In this document: positions 1 through 10,282 of the stretch, in pieces
Layout: every line of letters begins with the position of its first letter
How positions within the stretch are numbered: position 1 is the stretch's first letter
Origin: a virus
Strand: one strand, 5' to 3'
IMG/VR virus record: IMGVR_UViG_3300030406_003150
Location: 14,122-78,121 of that record
DNA length: 64,000 nt
Program-made: the position numbers and the translations under genes
The notes under the pieces: model-generated
What the model was told of the DNA's origin: nothing
What the model saw: only the letters and a program-made list of their open reading frames with translations
Databases searched by the model: none

Positions 1-3000
1 TAGAGACTGCTACATTTGCACTTCCGCTAGCAAACTCAATTATATTTTTGTTTACTGGAATAAGCGCAAGCTTATTCTCTTGGAGGGCAACTATATCTTC
101 GTTATAGTTACCTATATAATCAATCGCTCCAAACTTAGCATCTAAAGATGAAAAATTCGAAAGCGAAGGATTAAACGAAGAGAAAGATAGGTTTGAAACA
201 TCCTCTACATAAGCATCACTATACGTCAAACCATTTAGCCTGACTATTTCCTTAGACTTTTTAAATGGAACATGAGCTCTTCCCTGGCTCCAGATCCTTG
301 AGTTAAACCTATCAGAAAGGGTGTTGCTTTCTATAAACAGAGTTTGATATCCGTAAGAGTCATAGAAATCTCTAGCCTCCCAAGCAGAAAACGTGCTTGA
401 GGTTGCAGTTTCAAGATCAGTTTCTATATCGTTGTCAAGAACTTGAACTCCTCCTCCTGGGCTAGAGCCAGCATGCAGGGCAGTCTTACAGGCTACTGGC
501 CTCAGCCAAGAATCGCCATTCGTCACAGTAATAGAAGCCCCATGCTGATTGACGCTACCTGATTTTCTAGCCCCGCATCTGTCGCCATGGCCTATCTCGT
601 AGTACACCTTTTCAGAAGTAGTTTTCTTAGGGGTGTATATCTCAACAAGGGTTTCTTTGCCCCAGTGATTAATAGCGTTAGTTCCAATAGTAGTGTTCGA
701 TCCAGTAGTCAAATCAAAACCGCTTACATCTCCCCAGTCAAACCCAGTATATCTTACGGCAGTGCCACTACTGTTTGTTTCTCCACCGTTAATTCTTGAA
801 GCCTCAAGGACCAAAAAGCTGCCAGTGTATTTATCGTCAGCAGCGCTACCACTTTCCCTCACTATTTGAATTGGAGTGGTAGTATCGGTTGGGGATGTGC
901 CTTTGGAAAGAGTAACCACATCGACAACTTCAAACTCAATCTGAGAATTATCATTAGCCTCTGGGTACAAAGTTGACGAATTGTCGTCTGCTCTACGGCT
1001 GATAAGTCTTAGCCTGTCGCCTTTAGTAAATGAATAATTTCTAGATACGTTTTTCTCTTCCCTGTAGCTTTCCAAAGTGGTTAAAGAAACATACAGCCTT
1101 TTGTTCTGTACGTCTGTACGGTGTTTTGGAGTACTAGCGCCATCATCTAACTCCAAAGTAGCCACATAAGCTGGTCCAGTAGTATACTGAACGTAATCGT
1201 CTATACTGTCTGGGCCTGCATAAACGATCTGATATCTTTCTGCCCAGCTAGGGGGGTTGTGGTTAAAGGTTATCTTTACTGATGCTGGTCCAAAGTCCGA
1301 CAAACTAGAATTACTTCTTTCATTTACTGTCTTTACATAGCAAGACCCTAGCTCATTAACAAAACCAGATCTATTAAACTCATCATAGTAAACTATGCCA
1401 AAGCTGTGCGTGCTGCCTGATTTAAAAGTAGGTTTAGCTTGGATTGCGTTTGCAGAAGCAGATTGTGCGCTCACAAAAGTTGAACCTACGGTATAACCGA
1501 GAGTCCCCGTGTCGCTTTCAGCGCCAAGAATATCAGCCTCTTGCTCGTGGCTCATATTAAAAGACAAGGTATAAGAAGAAAACCCACTGCTTATAGCGTC
1601 TACACTAAATACAGCGCTAGATTTTTCTACCTGAATAAGCTTGGGGTTGATTCTAAATCCTGATACCCCAGTGGCTGGTGTAAGAGTTGTAGTATTGCCG
1701 AAATCAAAAGTAGCATTTACATTTCCGTCTAGATCCAAACCAGTCCAAGAAGAAAAATTTGGGCTGAGCGAGCTGTCAACACCGCTGTCCACAGTAAACT
1801 GCTCGTCGGTTATTGTATACAGATAATCAATGGTTTTGCCATTCATAAGTTCTTCAAGAGCAGCCCCTATATCTTCTATGTCTTGGTCTTGGGGAACTAT
1901 ATAGGTAATTGAAATGCCGTCTTGATCCGAAGAACTTTGATGAACGAGAGACACGCTATCGCTAGACTTCAACACTATCCCAGGGTCTACAATATTAAGA
2001 GATGGACTAGTATTATGATTAGCTATCATAGTTCCCTCTACTCTAAAGACGCCTCCACCTGTAGTTCCAGCGTCAACCACTATGTTTTTGCCAGGACCTC
2101 CCCAGTTGAAACTAAGTTTTATGATCGTGCCAGCGGGGACAATCGTGTCCTTGTCTGCCTGTGTTGATCCGCTTTCTAAACCGTCAAATGCAGTCCCTCC
2201 AAGAAGATTTATATCTATAGAAGGCGTGGTGGATGTTGACTGAGTTATAACACTTGTGGCCTGACCAGAGGCTATAAACTGCTCATCCTTGTCGGTAAGT
2301 GGAGAATACTGAACTGTAAGGGTTACGTCAGTAACCACATTGTCGAAACCCTCTTTGTAATTAGAGTACACGACTCTATTTCCAGCTATAGCCTGTCCCT
2401 TTGCGGTCAGAGGAACGTTGTCATATAATTTGTTTACCGTCTGAGTAGGGACAGTTTCCCCTAGAGTGTTGTTGTAAAATCTGTAGGTTTCTGTGGTCGG
2501 ACTGTAAACCGTAACTGAATTACCAGCTATGTGCCTAGTTACAGTTGTTGTTGGGTCAAACTGATCAACGACAAAGAATGATCCAGTATTTCCTATCCTA
2601 GCCAACAGCCTAACTTCTTTCAGGTCTGGAAGAGTAGGATCTAGTTGGATGTTTACTAAACATACGTTATCAATAAATGGGTTGGTTGCAAAACCACTTG
2701 TCTCCATGGTGTTCAAAAACAAAACCTTGGAAACAGCTATTTCAGAGTATGGAGAGATCGCAGATTCTTCGCCGTCTTGAAAGATGTTTTGAGTAGCAAA
2801 CTGAAAAGTGTCCTCGTTAAAGTTGTTCTGGAGAACGTTTGTATCTGATTCAAAAGAAACAAGAGGGAACTTATTATTTGCTGCTTTGATAGCAGATATG
2901 TGCTCTACAAAATTAGAACCTGTAAACTGATCATAATCGCCAGCTATAGCTCTATCTACGTTAATCTTTCTAGGACCATTCTGGTTGTCTGTTACGCTGC

Positions 3001-3460
3001 TAGATCCACCTCCGTCAGTAAAATAAAGAATGGTGTTTATACTACCGTCTAGGTTTATATTGACAACATCTGCCTTTATAAAACCGTTGGGATCAAAGTT
3101 TAAATTGCTGCTTTCAAGTATGGTCCTATAGGAGTTAGCCGCTAGGGTTCCGTTAGTAGTAGACTTTGTATTATACTGATATATCGTATCGCCAGTTCCA
3201 GAAGAGCTAACAGCAAAGTAGTATATAAAACCTCTTTGAGGGTCGGACACCTGACCAATAACCACCTTACTGTTAAAAATCTGTGAGTCAGAAACAGCAG
3301 TAGCGGCTGTCGTTCCCTTGACATTTTTGATTACACCCTCGGTACCATCTCCATCCTCAGATATGGAGACGTTGAGGGCGTCCGTCATGGCGCCCTCTTT
3401 CAACAAACGCTCATCCTCATCACTGACAAGGAAGCGTGGTATGATCTTATCAATAGGCAT
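1..3460 (-). CDS. Tail stabilisation/muzzle protein, copy A (3' end beyond window)
   Basis: Not in the ORF track. ATG at 3460 overlaps the upstream TAA and reads MPIDKIIPRFLVSDEDERLLKEGAMTDALNV. The same frame at the left edge reads FGAIDYIGNYNEDIVALQENKLALIPVNKNII. Both ends align with the 47940..53903 protein. Confidence 0.85.
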   Translation of the reverse strand, partial: MPIDKIIPRFLVSDEDERLLKEGAMTDALNVSISEDGDGTEGVIKNVKGTTAATAVSDSQIFNSKVVIGQVSDPQRGFIYYFAVSSSGTGDTIYQYNTKSTTNGTLAANSYRTILESSNLNFDPNGFIKADVVNINLDGSINTILYFTDGGGSSSVTDNQNGPRKINVDRAIAGDYDQFTGSNFVEHISAIKAANNKFPLVSFESDTNVLQNNFNEDTFQFATQNIFQDGEESAISPYSEIAVSKVLFLNTMETSGFATNPFIDNVCLVNIQLDPTLPDLKEVRLLARIGNTGSFFVVDQFDPTTTVTRHIAGNSVTVYSPTTETYRFYNNTLGETVPTQTVNKLYDNVPLTAKGQAIAGNRVVYSNYKEGFDNVVTDVTLTVQYSPLTDKDEQFIASGQATSVITQSTSTTPSIDINLLGGTAFDGLESGSTQADKDTIVPAGTIIKLSFNWGGPGKNIVVDAGTTGGGVFRVEGTMIANHNTSPSLNIVDPGIVLKSSDSVSLVHQSSSDQDGISITYIVPQDQDIEDIGAALEELMNGKTIDYLYTITDEQFTVDSGVDSSLSPNFSSWTGLDLDGNVNATFDFGNTTTLTPATGVSGFRINPKLIQVEKSSAVFSVDAISSGFSSYTLSFNMSHEQEADILGAESDTGTLGYTVGSTFVSAQSASANAIQAKPTFKSGSTHSFGIVYYDEFNRSGFVNELGSCYVKTVNERSNSSLSDFGPASVKITFNHNPPSWAERYQIVYAGPDSIDDYVQYTTGPAYVATLELDDGASTPKHRTDVQNKRLYVSLTTLESYREEKNVSRNYSFTKGDRLRLISRRADDNSSTLYPEANDNSQIEFEVVDVVTLSKGTSPTDTTTPIQIVRESGSAADDKYTGSFLVLEASRINGGETNSSGTAVRYTGFDWGDVSGFDLTTGSNTTIGTNAINHWGKETLVEIYTPKKTTSEKVYYEIGHGDRCGARKSGSVNQHGASITVTNGDSWLRPVACKTALHAGSSPGGGVQVLDNDIETDLETATSSTFSAWEARDFYDSYGYQTLFIESNTLSDRFNSRIWSQGRAHVPFKKSKEIVRLNGLTYSDAYVEDVSNLSFSSFNPSLSNFSSLDAKFGAIDYIGNYNEDIVALQENKLALIPVNKNIIEFASGSANVAVS

Positions 3461-4302
3461 TAGAACTTAGGTGCTTGCTTGTAGTTCTTCCTAATCGTCC
3501 TCAAGGCGTCCTCCTTAGTGAACGACTTAATTCTGGAGTTGGCTTTTCTCCTCTCGTTATAGTATTCCTGTCTAGCTCTCTGCTTCTCTCCCATAGGCAC
3601 AGAGGCTTTACGCTCAATAATCTTGTAGTACATATACGCCATAAGAGCCTCTTCTGCGTATACATTGACAGAAGGGTTTTTAGACCTGGCCTCATCAGCT
3701 ACATACTCTATAACTACCTCGGACACGTTAGAAGCTGTGTCTATCTCAATTCTGTTTTGGTCCAGATTCACCCTGAACTGACCGTTTCTGTGTCCCCCTC
3801 CGATCCCGTACAGAGCATTAGCCGCTCCATAAACATAGTTTCTAAAGATGAAAGAGTTAAATCCTTGGGAGAGACTATCAGAATTCGATGACGATCCAGA
3901 CGTAGCGGACTTAGAATCAATTCGATCGTTCACGCCGTCGCCGTCTGAGTCAGCCGCTGAAGCTGCATTGTCTACAGCCGTTCCAGTAGCATCAGCGTAA
4001 GACTGAGAGTAGTTTATATTTTTGTTTTCGCCCAATACATAGATGATGCCATCGGTACCCACAGAGCCTATCTTGCTCCAGTCTACATAATCATCAGGCA
4101 ACTCGACGGTATTGTTGGTAGAGTCAACCTTCAGCTTAAGTGACTTTATTTTTTTAGATACATCAAAACCAAGCTCACGAATACCTCTAAGCGCGTGAGT
4201 TCTAATCTGTGTGTCAGAAGCATTGCCAGCGTAGTCATCATCAGCAATAGTGATGATGAAGTCGTTGATGATTTGATTTAGTGGTACTGTATTTCTAGCC
4301 AT
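3460..4302 (-). CDS. Tail ring/tubular protein, copy A
   Basis: 280 aa; directly upstream of the muzzle gene; paralog of 53903..54730 (DDYA.NASDT.IR..ALRGIRE.GFD; VYAEEAL..Y.YYKI.ERK). Confidence 0.7.
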   Translation of the reverse strand: MARNTVPLNQIINDFIITIADDDYAGNASDTQIRTHALRGIRELGFDVSKKIKSLKLKVDSTNNTVELPDDYVDWSKIGSVGTDGIIYVLGENKNINYSQSYADATGTAVDNAASAADSDGDGVNDRIDSKSATSGSSSNSDSLSQGFNSFIFRNYVYGAANALYGIGGGHRNGQFRVNLDQNRIEIDTASNVSEVVIEYVADEARSKNPSVNVYAEEALMAYMYYKIIERKASVPMGEKQRARQEYYNERRKANSRIKSFTKEDALRTIRKNYKQAPKF

Positions 4303-5036
4303 TAGAATGTCTCTGCTTGTTTCCTACTAGTCACCTCTGAGTTAGCGTAGGCAACCACGTCTGCGTCTCTTAAGTTGATTCCAATCATCTTTGCTATCTC
4401 ATAGATAAGATCAGCTGTGTAATGCTCTGGCAGTTCAAAATCTATCAACGTGCCAGAAGGGGCAAACTTGGGTTGACTAGAATTCCTTTCTCCGTCAGAT
4501 GTATTTCTTCCTTGAGGGATTTTATAGTAACGAACTTCAATCTTAGTTACAGAAGTAGGGAATACATGAATGTCGTCTGACACAAGCGCTATAGGAAAAT
4601 CATCTGTAGGTGCGCTAAGGGTGCTGATTAGGATGCGCTCAATTTTTTCTTCGTCGTAACAAATCTCGATTGGCTTCTTAGTAGACTGGTCCAACAAGAT
4701 ACTTCCAGCCGTAGATATGCTTATGATTCTAGACAGGTCAGTAGGCTTGTCAAATACCCCACTGCTTTTAGATACCGTTTGCTTCTTTGAAAAAGAAGAT
4801 AAATCCTCTTGTATTCTTTTGATTCTTGACTTATCCCTGTTGGGGTTAAAGCCAGCGCGAGACAGCCTCTTGGCATCCTTTAGTTCGTCAAAGAGACCGT
4901 TGTATATATTAAGTTGAGCTATCTGAGCGAACTTATTAAACTCAAGATCAGATACAAAGCCCTGCTGATCTTTGTTGGCTAAATCCAACAAGGTATCGTG
5001 TACGATTTGTATACTAGCTCCGTTTGCTTGTGCCAT
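4302..5036 (-). CDS. Tail ring/adaptor protein, copy A
   Basis: 244 aa; LANKDQQGFVS..EFN.FAQ.AQ and FELPEHY motifs; paralog of 54730..55500. Confidence 0.7.
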   Translation of the reverse strand: MAQANGASIQIVHDTLLDLANKDQQGFVSDLEFNKFAQIAQLNIYNGLFDELKDAKRLSRAGFNPNRDKSRIKRIQEDLSSFSKKQTVSKSSGVFDKPTDLSRIISISTAGSILLDQSTKKPIEICYDEEKIERILISTLSAPTDDFPIALVSDDIHVFPTSVTKIEVRYYKIPQGRNTSDGERNSSQPKFAPSGTLIDFELPEHYTADLIYEIAKMIGINLRDADVVAYANSEVTSRKQAETF

Positions 5037-5040
5037 GCAA

Positions 5041-5048
5041 CAAATATA
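5041..5048 (-). promoter_or_regulatory. Bacteroidota -7 box TATATTTG, 4 nt before ATG 5036
   Basis: Matches the TAnnTTTG consensus. Confidence 0.7.
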
Positions 5049-5050
5049 CG

Positions 5051-5078
5051 AAAAAGAAAAAGCCCCCTTGCGGGGGCT
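5051..5078 (-). terminator. Intrinsic terminator
   Basis: AGCCCCC/GGGGGCT stem with U-tract on the minus strand. Confidence 0.75.
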
Positions 5079-5101
5079 CTTCTAGCACTGAGGCGCAGAT
5101 A

Positions 5102-5911
5102 TTAGGATAGCTGTCTTTCGATTTCAGCGACGACAGGAGCCGCCGCATCTGTCAAGCAGTATCTAACAAAAACATCAACTGGGTCTTGACCAGCAGGCAC
5201 CGATACGATGAGGCTGTTGGTATCAAACCACTTAACGGCATTGTCATCTGCCTTAATTAACTGATAGTTGATAGCCTGACGAACCATAGACTTCATAGAT
5301 ACCACTGGGTTGTCGAATGATTCAATAAACTGTTGAGGGGACTTCTTTGCTTTGATTAGCAAGTCGTGCTTTATTTCTGCTGCTGGTCTGTCTATATCCA
5401 TACCGTAAGCTAAAGCTACAGAGCATAGCTGGTCTATGTCTTTGCTTCTAAGCAAGCTAATCGCGTCGTTAATCAAGAACTCAGAATCAACATCGATCTC
5501 TGCTTTCTTCACTTTGTCAACAAGCTCAAACAGGGAACCTCCGTTCGCCTTATTATCTGGGTGTATGCGTAAATACTCTTTCAGGTTGGGTTGAGACTTA
5601 TTTACAAACAGCCTCCCCATGTTGAATATGATGGGGGTTTTTACAGATCTGTCTGATTGCTCGTCCCTCCATATAGAGTTTTCATTTTCGCAGTAACGAA
5701 TCTCTCTGACCTTACCGACCTCTTCGTCATAAATCGTAATGCCACTTTGCATCAGCATCATAACGGCTCCAGCGTTGTACGCTACGAACTCTTGTATTCC
5801 GCTATACTTTTGATTCTCATTGCGCTTAACAGGCTTTCTCTTAGCCTGTTGCTTGGCTGCTGGTGCAGCTTTTTTTGGTCGCCCTGGAGGGCGCTTGGTT
5901 GTTTGATTCAT
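5102..5911 (-). CDS. Conserved capsid-region protein, copy A
   Basis: 269 aa; basic PGRPKK N-terminus; VREIRYC.NE.SI..DEQ motif; paralog of 56981..57814. Confidence 0.65.
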   Translation of the reverse strand: MNQTTKRPPGRPKKAAPAAKQQAKRKPVKRNENQKYSGIQEFVAYNAGAVMMLMQSGITIYDEEVGKVREIRYCENENSIWRDEQSDRSVKTPIIFNMGRLFVNKSQPNLKEYLRIHPDNKANGGSLFELVDKVKKAEIDVDSEFLINDAISLLRSKDIDQLCSVALAYGMDIDRPAAEIKHDLLIKAKKSPQQFIESFDNPVVSMKSMVRQAINYQLIKADDNAVKWFDTNSLIVSVPAGQDPVDVFVRYCLTDAAAPVVAEIERQLS

Positions 5912-5946
5912 AATGATATTGAATTAAATGTTTTTACAAGAGTAGT

Positions 5947-5975
5947 AAAAGAGAGGAGAGCTATTCTCTCCTCTC
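5947..5975 (-). terminator. Intrinsic terminator
   Basis: GAGAGGAGA/TCTCCTCTC stem plus short U-run. Confidence 0.6.
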
Positions 5976-5990
5976 AGTTACCGATTTAGA

Positions 5991-6380
5991 TTAAGCAAAA
6001 ACTGGAGAGTTGGCGTTAGCACCAATAATATCCAAGTCAGTTGCTGATTGAAGTCCATCCTTTGTAAGCATTACAGAAGCAGCTTCGTTTGCAGCATTCA
6101 AAGTAAGAGTGTTTGAGCCTCTTCTGAAAATCACTGCGGCAGCGGCAGCATCTTCTGAGTTGCTGTTGAGGCTGGTAATGTCAACAAAGAAAATCAATCC
6201 CGCTGGGCCGATCAAGTCTACCGTGTATGTAGGTGCCGAATCTGCCCCTTGAGCATTGATCAAAACTGTTCTTGAGTCAACCTCAAAGTTTACAGTTTTT
6301 GCAGTTTCAGTTGCTACAATCTCAAGAGTCAAGGTAGCGCTTGCTGTTTCAGAAAGCAGGGGAAAAAGTTTATCCGCCAT
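5991..6380 (-). CDS. Putative capsid decoration protein (module A only)
   Basis: Probable start MADKLF at 6380; Ala/Thr-rich beta protein directly after the MCP. Confidence 0.45.
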   Translation of the reverse strand: MADKLFPLLSETASATLTLEIVATETAKTVNFEVDSRTVLINAQGADSAPTYTVDLIGPAGLIFFVDITSLNSNSEDAAAAAVIFRRGSNTLTLNAANEAASVMLTKDGLQSATDLDIIGANANSPVFA

Positions 6381-6403
6381 AATAATAAGTATTATGAACA
6401 TCA

Positions 6404-6429
6404 AGAGAAAGCCCCGAAGGGCCTTCTCT
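6404..6429 (-). terminator. Hairpin/terminator after MCP A (cUUCGg loop)
   Basis: AGAGAAAGCCCCGAAGGGCCTTCTCT inverted repeat. Confidence 0.55.
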
Positions 6430-6444
6430 GTCAGTTCAGGTTAA

Positions 6445-7866
6445 TTACTTCAATACAACGTGCTGGTTAGCAGCGCGAGTAACGAGGTTACACTCAGAAC
6501 GGTAGTTGAACTTAACAGTGTCCTTACCGTTTGTAACGTGACCAAGAACTCCACCGCCTTCTACCCAGTGCTCCATCTCTCTGCTGTAGTTTCCAGCAGA
6601 CTTGAAGTTCATCTCCAAAGAAGGAGACTTAATACCAGTAGAAGCGTCAGCTACTTGCGTCATAGGAATCATAGCACCCTTATGGATTTCGTTGAGTCCA
6701 CCCAAAGTAGGATCGTTCAACAACTTCCAATCGTGCTTGTGGAAAGTGTATCCACCGCGAGTGAACGACTTAAATCCGAGCTTTACAGCCAAGTCAGCGT
6801 CATTGTTGAATGCGCCGAACTGTCCAGCCAAACCAGCAGTCACCTGAGTAGCGATACCAGAAGCAAGCAAGTTATCGATATCCAAAGAAGTCTTTCTGTT
6901 CAGGTACATAGCGTACTCAGCAGGAGCTCCTTCTTTATCGAGCTGAATCAAGATATCGTCGATATCCTTCATGCTAGAGAATGTTCCGTGAGTTCCACCA
7001 GAGAGAGTAGAGATGATACCTCTTCTTTCTACAGCTTGGAAGTAACCCTCAGAACCTGGAATAGTTCCGCTTGCGTCTCCAGTAGCAGCTGTTTCAACAC
7101 CGCCGAGAGCGATATCAGCTGCCGATGCTTCAGCTGGAGGACGTGTGCCAACAGCGTCAAGCTGAGAGTACAACAACATCATCTCACGCTGATTCATGAA
7201 GCGCTTACGAGCATCCATCTCGTTCTTCAAGTACCACATGTACTGTCCGTTTACGTTCAGGTAGCCGATGTTTGTAGCCTGAGAACCATTCACCTCGTAA
7301 GTTTCCTTCGTGATGATGTAAGGATTCTTACGCTTTACCAAACCGTTCTGATAGAACGTAGTTGGCTGGTCAGTACCCTGAGCGTAGATGTTACCGATGA
7401 TTGCTGCGGTTCCACTCAATGAGGCGTCAAGCGCCTCGCCGTCAAGACGAACCACGTCAAGAGTATTAGTAGCCGTCTTAATAACAACTACTCTTTCTCC
7501 AGTAGCGAGCAACAACACGTCGTTCACACGGCAAGGCTCGCCAGTTACGGTCAACGTAGCGTTGGCAGCTGGAGAACCCACAGCGGCTGACGAGTTAGTG
7601 TAAGCAACAGTCTGGTGCAGACGACCCTCTTCGTAGTAATGTACTTCGTCAGCGGTGCCAGCGTTCTTTTTCGCTCCTGTCATTTCCAGGAAGCCAGTGA
7701 TGCCCTGATCACCGAAAGTTTCAACATACAGATCTCTTACGTCGGGCTTCGTAGGATCGATTAAATCTCCCAAAGAAGTATAGTTCTGTGGGCTGGTTTG
7801 AAAGCCTCCGCCTACAAGTCCTTCACTTGATGTGGCGTCGTCTCTATTAGTAATGGAATTAGCCAT
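6445..7866 (-). CDS. Major capsid protein, copy A
   Basis: 473 aa after the scaffold; motifs GDQGITGFL, Y.VNGSQATNIG, GSEGYF.A...RG, LGFKSFTRGGYTFHKHDWKLLNDPT as I recognise them in Bacteroidota podophage MCPs. Confidence 0.85.
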   Translation of the reverse strand: MANSITNRDDATSSEGLVGGGFQTSPQNYTSLGDLIDPTKPDVRDLYVETFGDQGITGFLEMTGAKKNAGTADEVHYYEEGRLHQTVAYTNSSAAVGSPAANATLTVTGEPCRVNDVLLLATGERVVVIKTATNTLDVVRLDGEALDASLSGTAAIIGNIYAQGTDQPTTFYQNGLVKRKNPYIITKETYEVNGSQATNIGYLNVNGQYMWYLKNEMDARKRFMNQREMMLLYSQLDAVGTRPPAEASAADIALGGVETAATGDASGTIPGSEGYFQAVERRGIISTLSGGTHGTFSSMKDIDDILIQLDKEGAPAEYAMYLNRKTSLDIDNLLASGIATQVTAGLAGQFGAFNNDADLAVKLGFKSFTRGGYTFHKHDWKLLNDPTLGGLNEIHKGAMIPMTQVADASTGIKSPSLEMNFKSAGNYSREMEHWVEGGGVLGHVTNGKDTVKFNYRSECNLVTRAANQHVVLK

Positions 7867-7888
7867 AATATTTTCTTTTTATAAAAAC

Positions 7889-8974
7889 TTATACAAATCC
7901 GAACCCTCCTTTATTCATCCCCATAGCCTCTCTTAATTGTTCGGTTAGGGGGTCGGGTCCGCTAGGTGCGCTTCCTTGACTTGGAGAAGTTGGGGTTGCG
8001 TTAGCCGCGTTCTGCACTACCGATCTCTGAGCGTCTGCCATGCCCTGTCTGTAAACAGACTGGATAATCTTATCGGCATTGTCGATCAAAGCTCTGTGCA
8101 TGTTGAGCGTATCGTAATCCCAGCTTCCGTCTTCTCTCACGTATGGATCGAAGAACTCGTCAAGGCGAGCATTTTTCTCAGCGAGTTGACCCTTGTATGC
8201 TTCGTCCATACCGAAGGTAAAGCTGTTACCATTTCCGAGATCGAACTCAATCCCTTCCATAGAGTCTAGCTCCTCCGCCATAGCAGAAATCCAAGGCTCA
8301 TCAATAAATGACTCCGACTCTACAGATTGTCGCTCTGGGGCTTGATATTGCAATCGCATTTCTTCAATACCCTTACGCGCATTCTCTGCGTCGATTTTCA
8401 TTTGCAGTTGCGAAAGCTTCACCTCGTCTTCTGAGTTAAGATCTGGATCGAGCTTGTACTTGCTAGAGACCAACAATCCGATTTCTTCTTGAGAAAGGTT
8501 GGGGTAGTCAGATGCCATTTGCACCTGAATAGCAGTCATGTCATCCATTTCGGATGGGTTCATAGACTGATAAACAAACCAATCTCTTGGATCACGACCA
8601 GTGTTATCAACAAAGTCTGCGATCGCAGCGATTCTTTCGTCGAGCTCTCTTTGCTCCTGCTGTTGCACCGTCAAGTCATCGAGGGAATTGATGTCTCTTC
8701 CAAGCCTTTCGCTAAGGAAGTTAAAGACTGCTCCTTCGACTTCTTCTGGTGAATATTGTGGTTCTCCCACAGTCTCGTTTGACTGAGGTTCCGAACTAAT
8801 TTCTTGTTGAACCTCTGGGGTAGCTTCTACCGTAGGCTGTTGATCTACGGCTGGGGCTTGAGGTTGTTGTACTGAAGCTATCTCTTCTTCGCTTACAAAG
8901 CTGAAGGACGGCTCTGGTGTGGAGACGGGAGCCTCTTGCTCTACCGCCTCTACGGGTTGTGTATTTTCTTCCAT
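7889..8974 (-). CDS. Capsid scaffolding protein, copy A
   Basis: 361 aa; acidic E/Q/P-rich N-terminus; directly upstream of the MCP; paralog of 60753..61889. Confidence 0.7.
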   Translation of the reverse strand: MEENTQPVEAVEQEAPVSTPEPSFSFVSEEEIASVQQPQAPAVDQQPTVEATPEVQQEISSEPQSNETVGEPQYSPEEVEGAVFNFLSERLGRDINSLDDLTVQQQEQRELDERIAAIADFVDNTGRDPRDWFVYQSMNPSEMDDMTAIQVQMASDYPNLSQEEIGLLVSSKYKLDPDLNSEDEVKLSQLQMKIDAENARKGIEEMRLQYQAPERQSVESESFIDEPWISAMAEELDSMEGIEFDLGNGNSFTFGMDEAYKGQLAEKNARLDEFFDPYVREDGSWDYDTLNMHRALIDNADKIIQSVYRQGMADAQRSVVQNAANATPTSPSQGSAPSGPDPLTEQLREAMGMNKGGFGFV

Positions 8975-8992
8975 TAAATTAAAATTCGTTTA

Positions 8993-9256
8993 TTACAGGT
9001 ATGCAATAACGCCGCAGCCTGAAGTATTGGGAACCACAATACTGGTGTATTCACCTTCGATGGTTTGCCCTTCCTTTAGGATAAGATCGTAGCCATTGCT
9101 GTCTTGAGTTCCGTTAACAAAAAAGTTAGGGGAAGTAACGCCATAAGTTCCAGCACCTGTAACCGTAAACTTAAAAAAGCTTTTGCCTGTAGGGGCGTTT
9201 AGAGTAGTATTTTGAGCGCCTACGTGAACCTCACTCACACTGTTTGGATATGCCAT
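8993..9256 (-). CDS. Small putative virion protein
   Basis: Probable start MAYPNS at 9256, after TATATTTG at 9271-9278. Confidence 0.5.
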   Translation of the reverse strand: MAYPNSVSEVHVGAQNTTLNAPTGKSFFKFTVTGAGTYGVTSPNFFVNGTQDSNGYDLILKEGQTIEGEYTSIVVPNTSGCGVIAYL

Positions 9257-9281
9257 TGCTATTCTTTTTGCAAATATATAA

Positions 9282-9494
9282 TTATTTCTTCTTGCCTTTT
9301 CCAGCGCGGATCTTAGCGGCTTCCTTTCTACCAAACTCGCTCTTCACCCTAGCCATAGCCCAGGCATGCTGAGAAACCTTTGGTCTGTTTCCAGAAGACA
9401 TGTACGCAGCTAGACCTCGACGATACACCTCTTTCTGTGCAGCGTCAAGACCAGCCATGCCTCCGCCTTTTTTCTTCTTCTTCTTGGCCTTCAT
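9282..9494 (-). CDS. Small basic protein, copy A
   Basis: VYRRGLAAYMSSGNRPKVSQHAWAMARV; near-identical to 63256..63462. Confidence 0.75.
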   Translation of the reverse strand: MKAKKKKKKGGGMAGLDAAQKEVYRRGLAAYMSSGNRPKVSQHAWAMARVKSEFGRKEAAKIRAGKGKKK

Positions 9495-9718
9495 TACATT
9501 CCTAGCATTTTCTTGGCCTTAGCTCTTTGTGCTGGGTCTTTCAACAAAGCCTCCATCAAGCTACCGCCGTCCTTGAACACCTTTCCGCCGTACATGTACT
9601 TAGGCATCTTACCGCCCTTACCCATCATCATAGGCTTCTTAATCATGCCGCCACCTGGCATCTTCTTCACTGGCTTCATCATGCCGCCAGCCATCATTTT
9701 CTTTTTACCGTGGTCCAT
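9494..9718 (-). CDS. Small Met/Lys/Gly-rich protein with repeated xxGG motifs, copy A
   Basis: Paralog of 63462..63659 with mostly synonymous differences, which supports coding status. Confidence 0.75.
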   Translation of the reverse strand: MDHGKKKMMAGGMMKPVKKMPGGGMIKKPMMMGKGGKMPKYMYGGKVFKDGGSLMEALLKDPAQRAKAKKMLGM

Positions 9719-9736
9719 AGTTTTATCTTTTAAAAG

Positions 9737-10282
9737 TTATATCTTATCTCGTTGAGCCATAAGCCTTTTGAGCCTAGCCGCTACAGCTGGAGGAAATCCT
9801 TTCTTCTTTCTTTTAGCTTTTGTCCCTCTATGCTTTTTATATATAGCGCTGATCTCAGCCATAAGCTTCTTTCTCTTCCCTACGTCAGCACTACCACGAG
9901 TATACTTCGGGTTGAACTTCATCCCCTTCTTCGCTTTGGGTACTTCACCTCTTTCCTTTTTTGAAATAGCGATAGCTGCTTGCTGCTTAAGGTTTCCACC
10001 GCTCTTGAAAGTAGCTGGTTCTGATAATTTTGGCCTAACTATATACCCTCTTTCATCCTGAGACAATATAATCTCTGGGTAATCCCTGCCCTCAACTAAA
10101 TTACGAACAACTGATGTCTCCCCTGGTTTAACACCCATGGACTTGATAGCTTCAGCTACAAGCGCCTCTCGAAGAATGCTTTTAGCAAGATGCCTCTGCG
10201 GTGATCTTTCTTCCATAACAGGAAGATTCATATCGAAATTAATCTGTCGCTTTATGGGTTTTATTTTCTTCTTTCGTGCCAT
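9737..10282 (-). CDS. Basic protein with conserved C-terminal module, copy A
   Basis: C-terminal ~65 aa shared with the ORF ending at 63679. Confidence 0.7.
   Translation of the reverse strand: MARKKKIKPIKRQINFDMNLPVMEERSPQRHLAKSILREALVAEAIKSMGVKPGETSVVRNLVEGRDYPEIILSQDERGYIVRPKLSEPATFKSGGNLKQQAAIAISKKERGEVPKAKKGMKFNPKYTRGSADVGKRKKLMAEISAIYKKHRGTKAKRKKKGFPPAVAARLKRLMAQRDKI

Noticed and set aside
6460-7422. Long plus-strand ORFs opposite both MCP genes (also 59337..60182)
   Set aside because: Antisense shadows of codon-biased genes. Their mutual similarity follows from the MCP paralogy, and they lack start signals.
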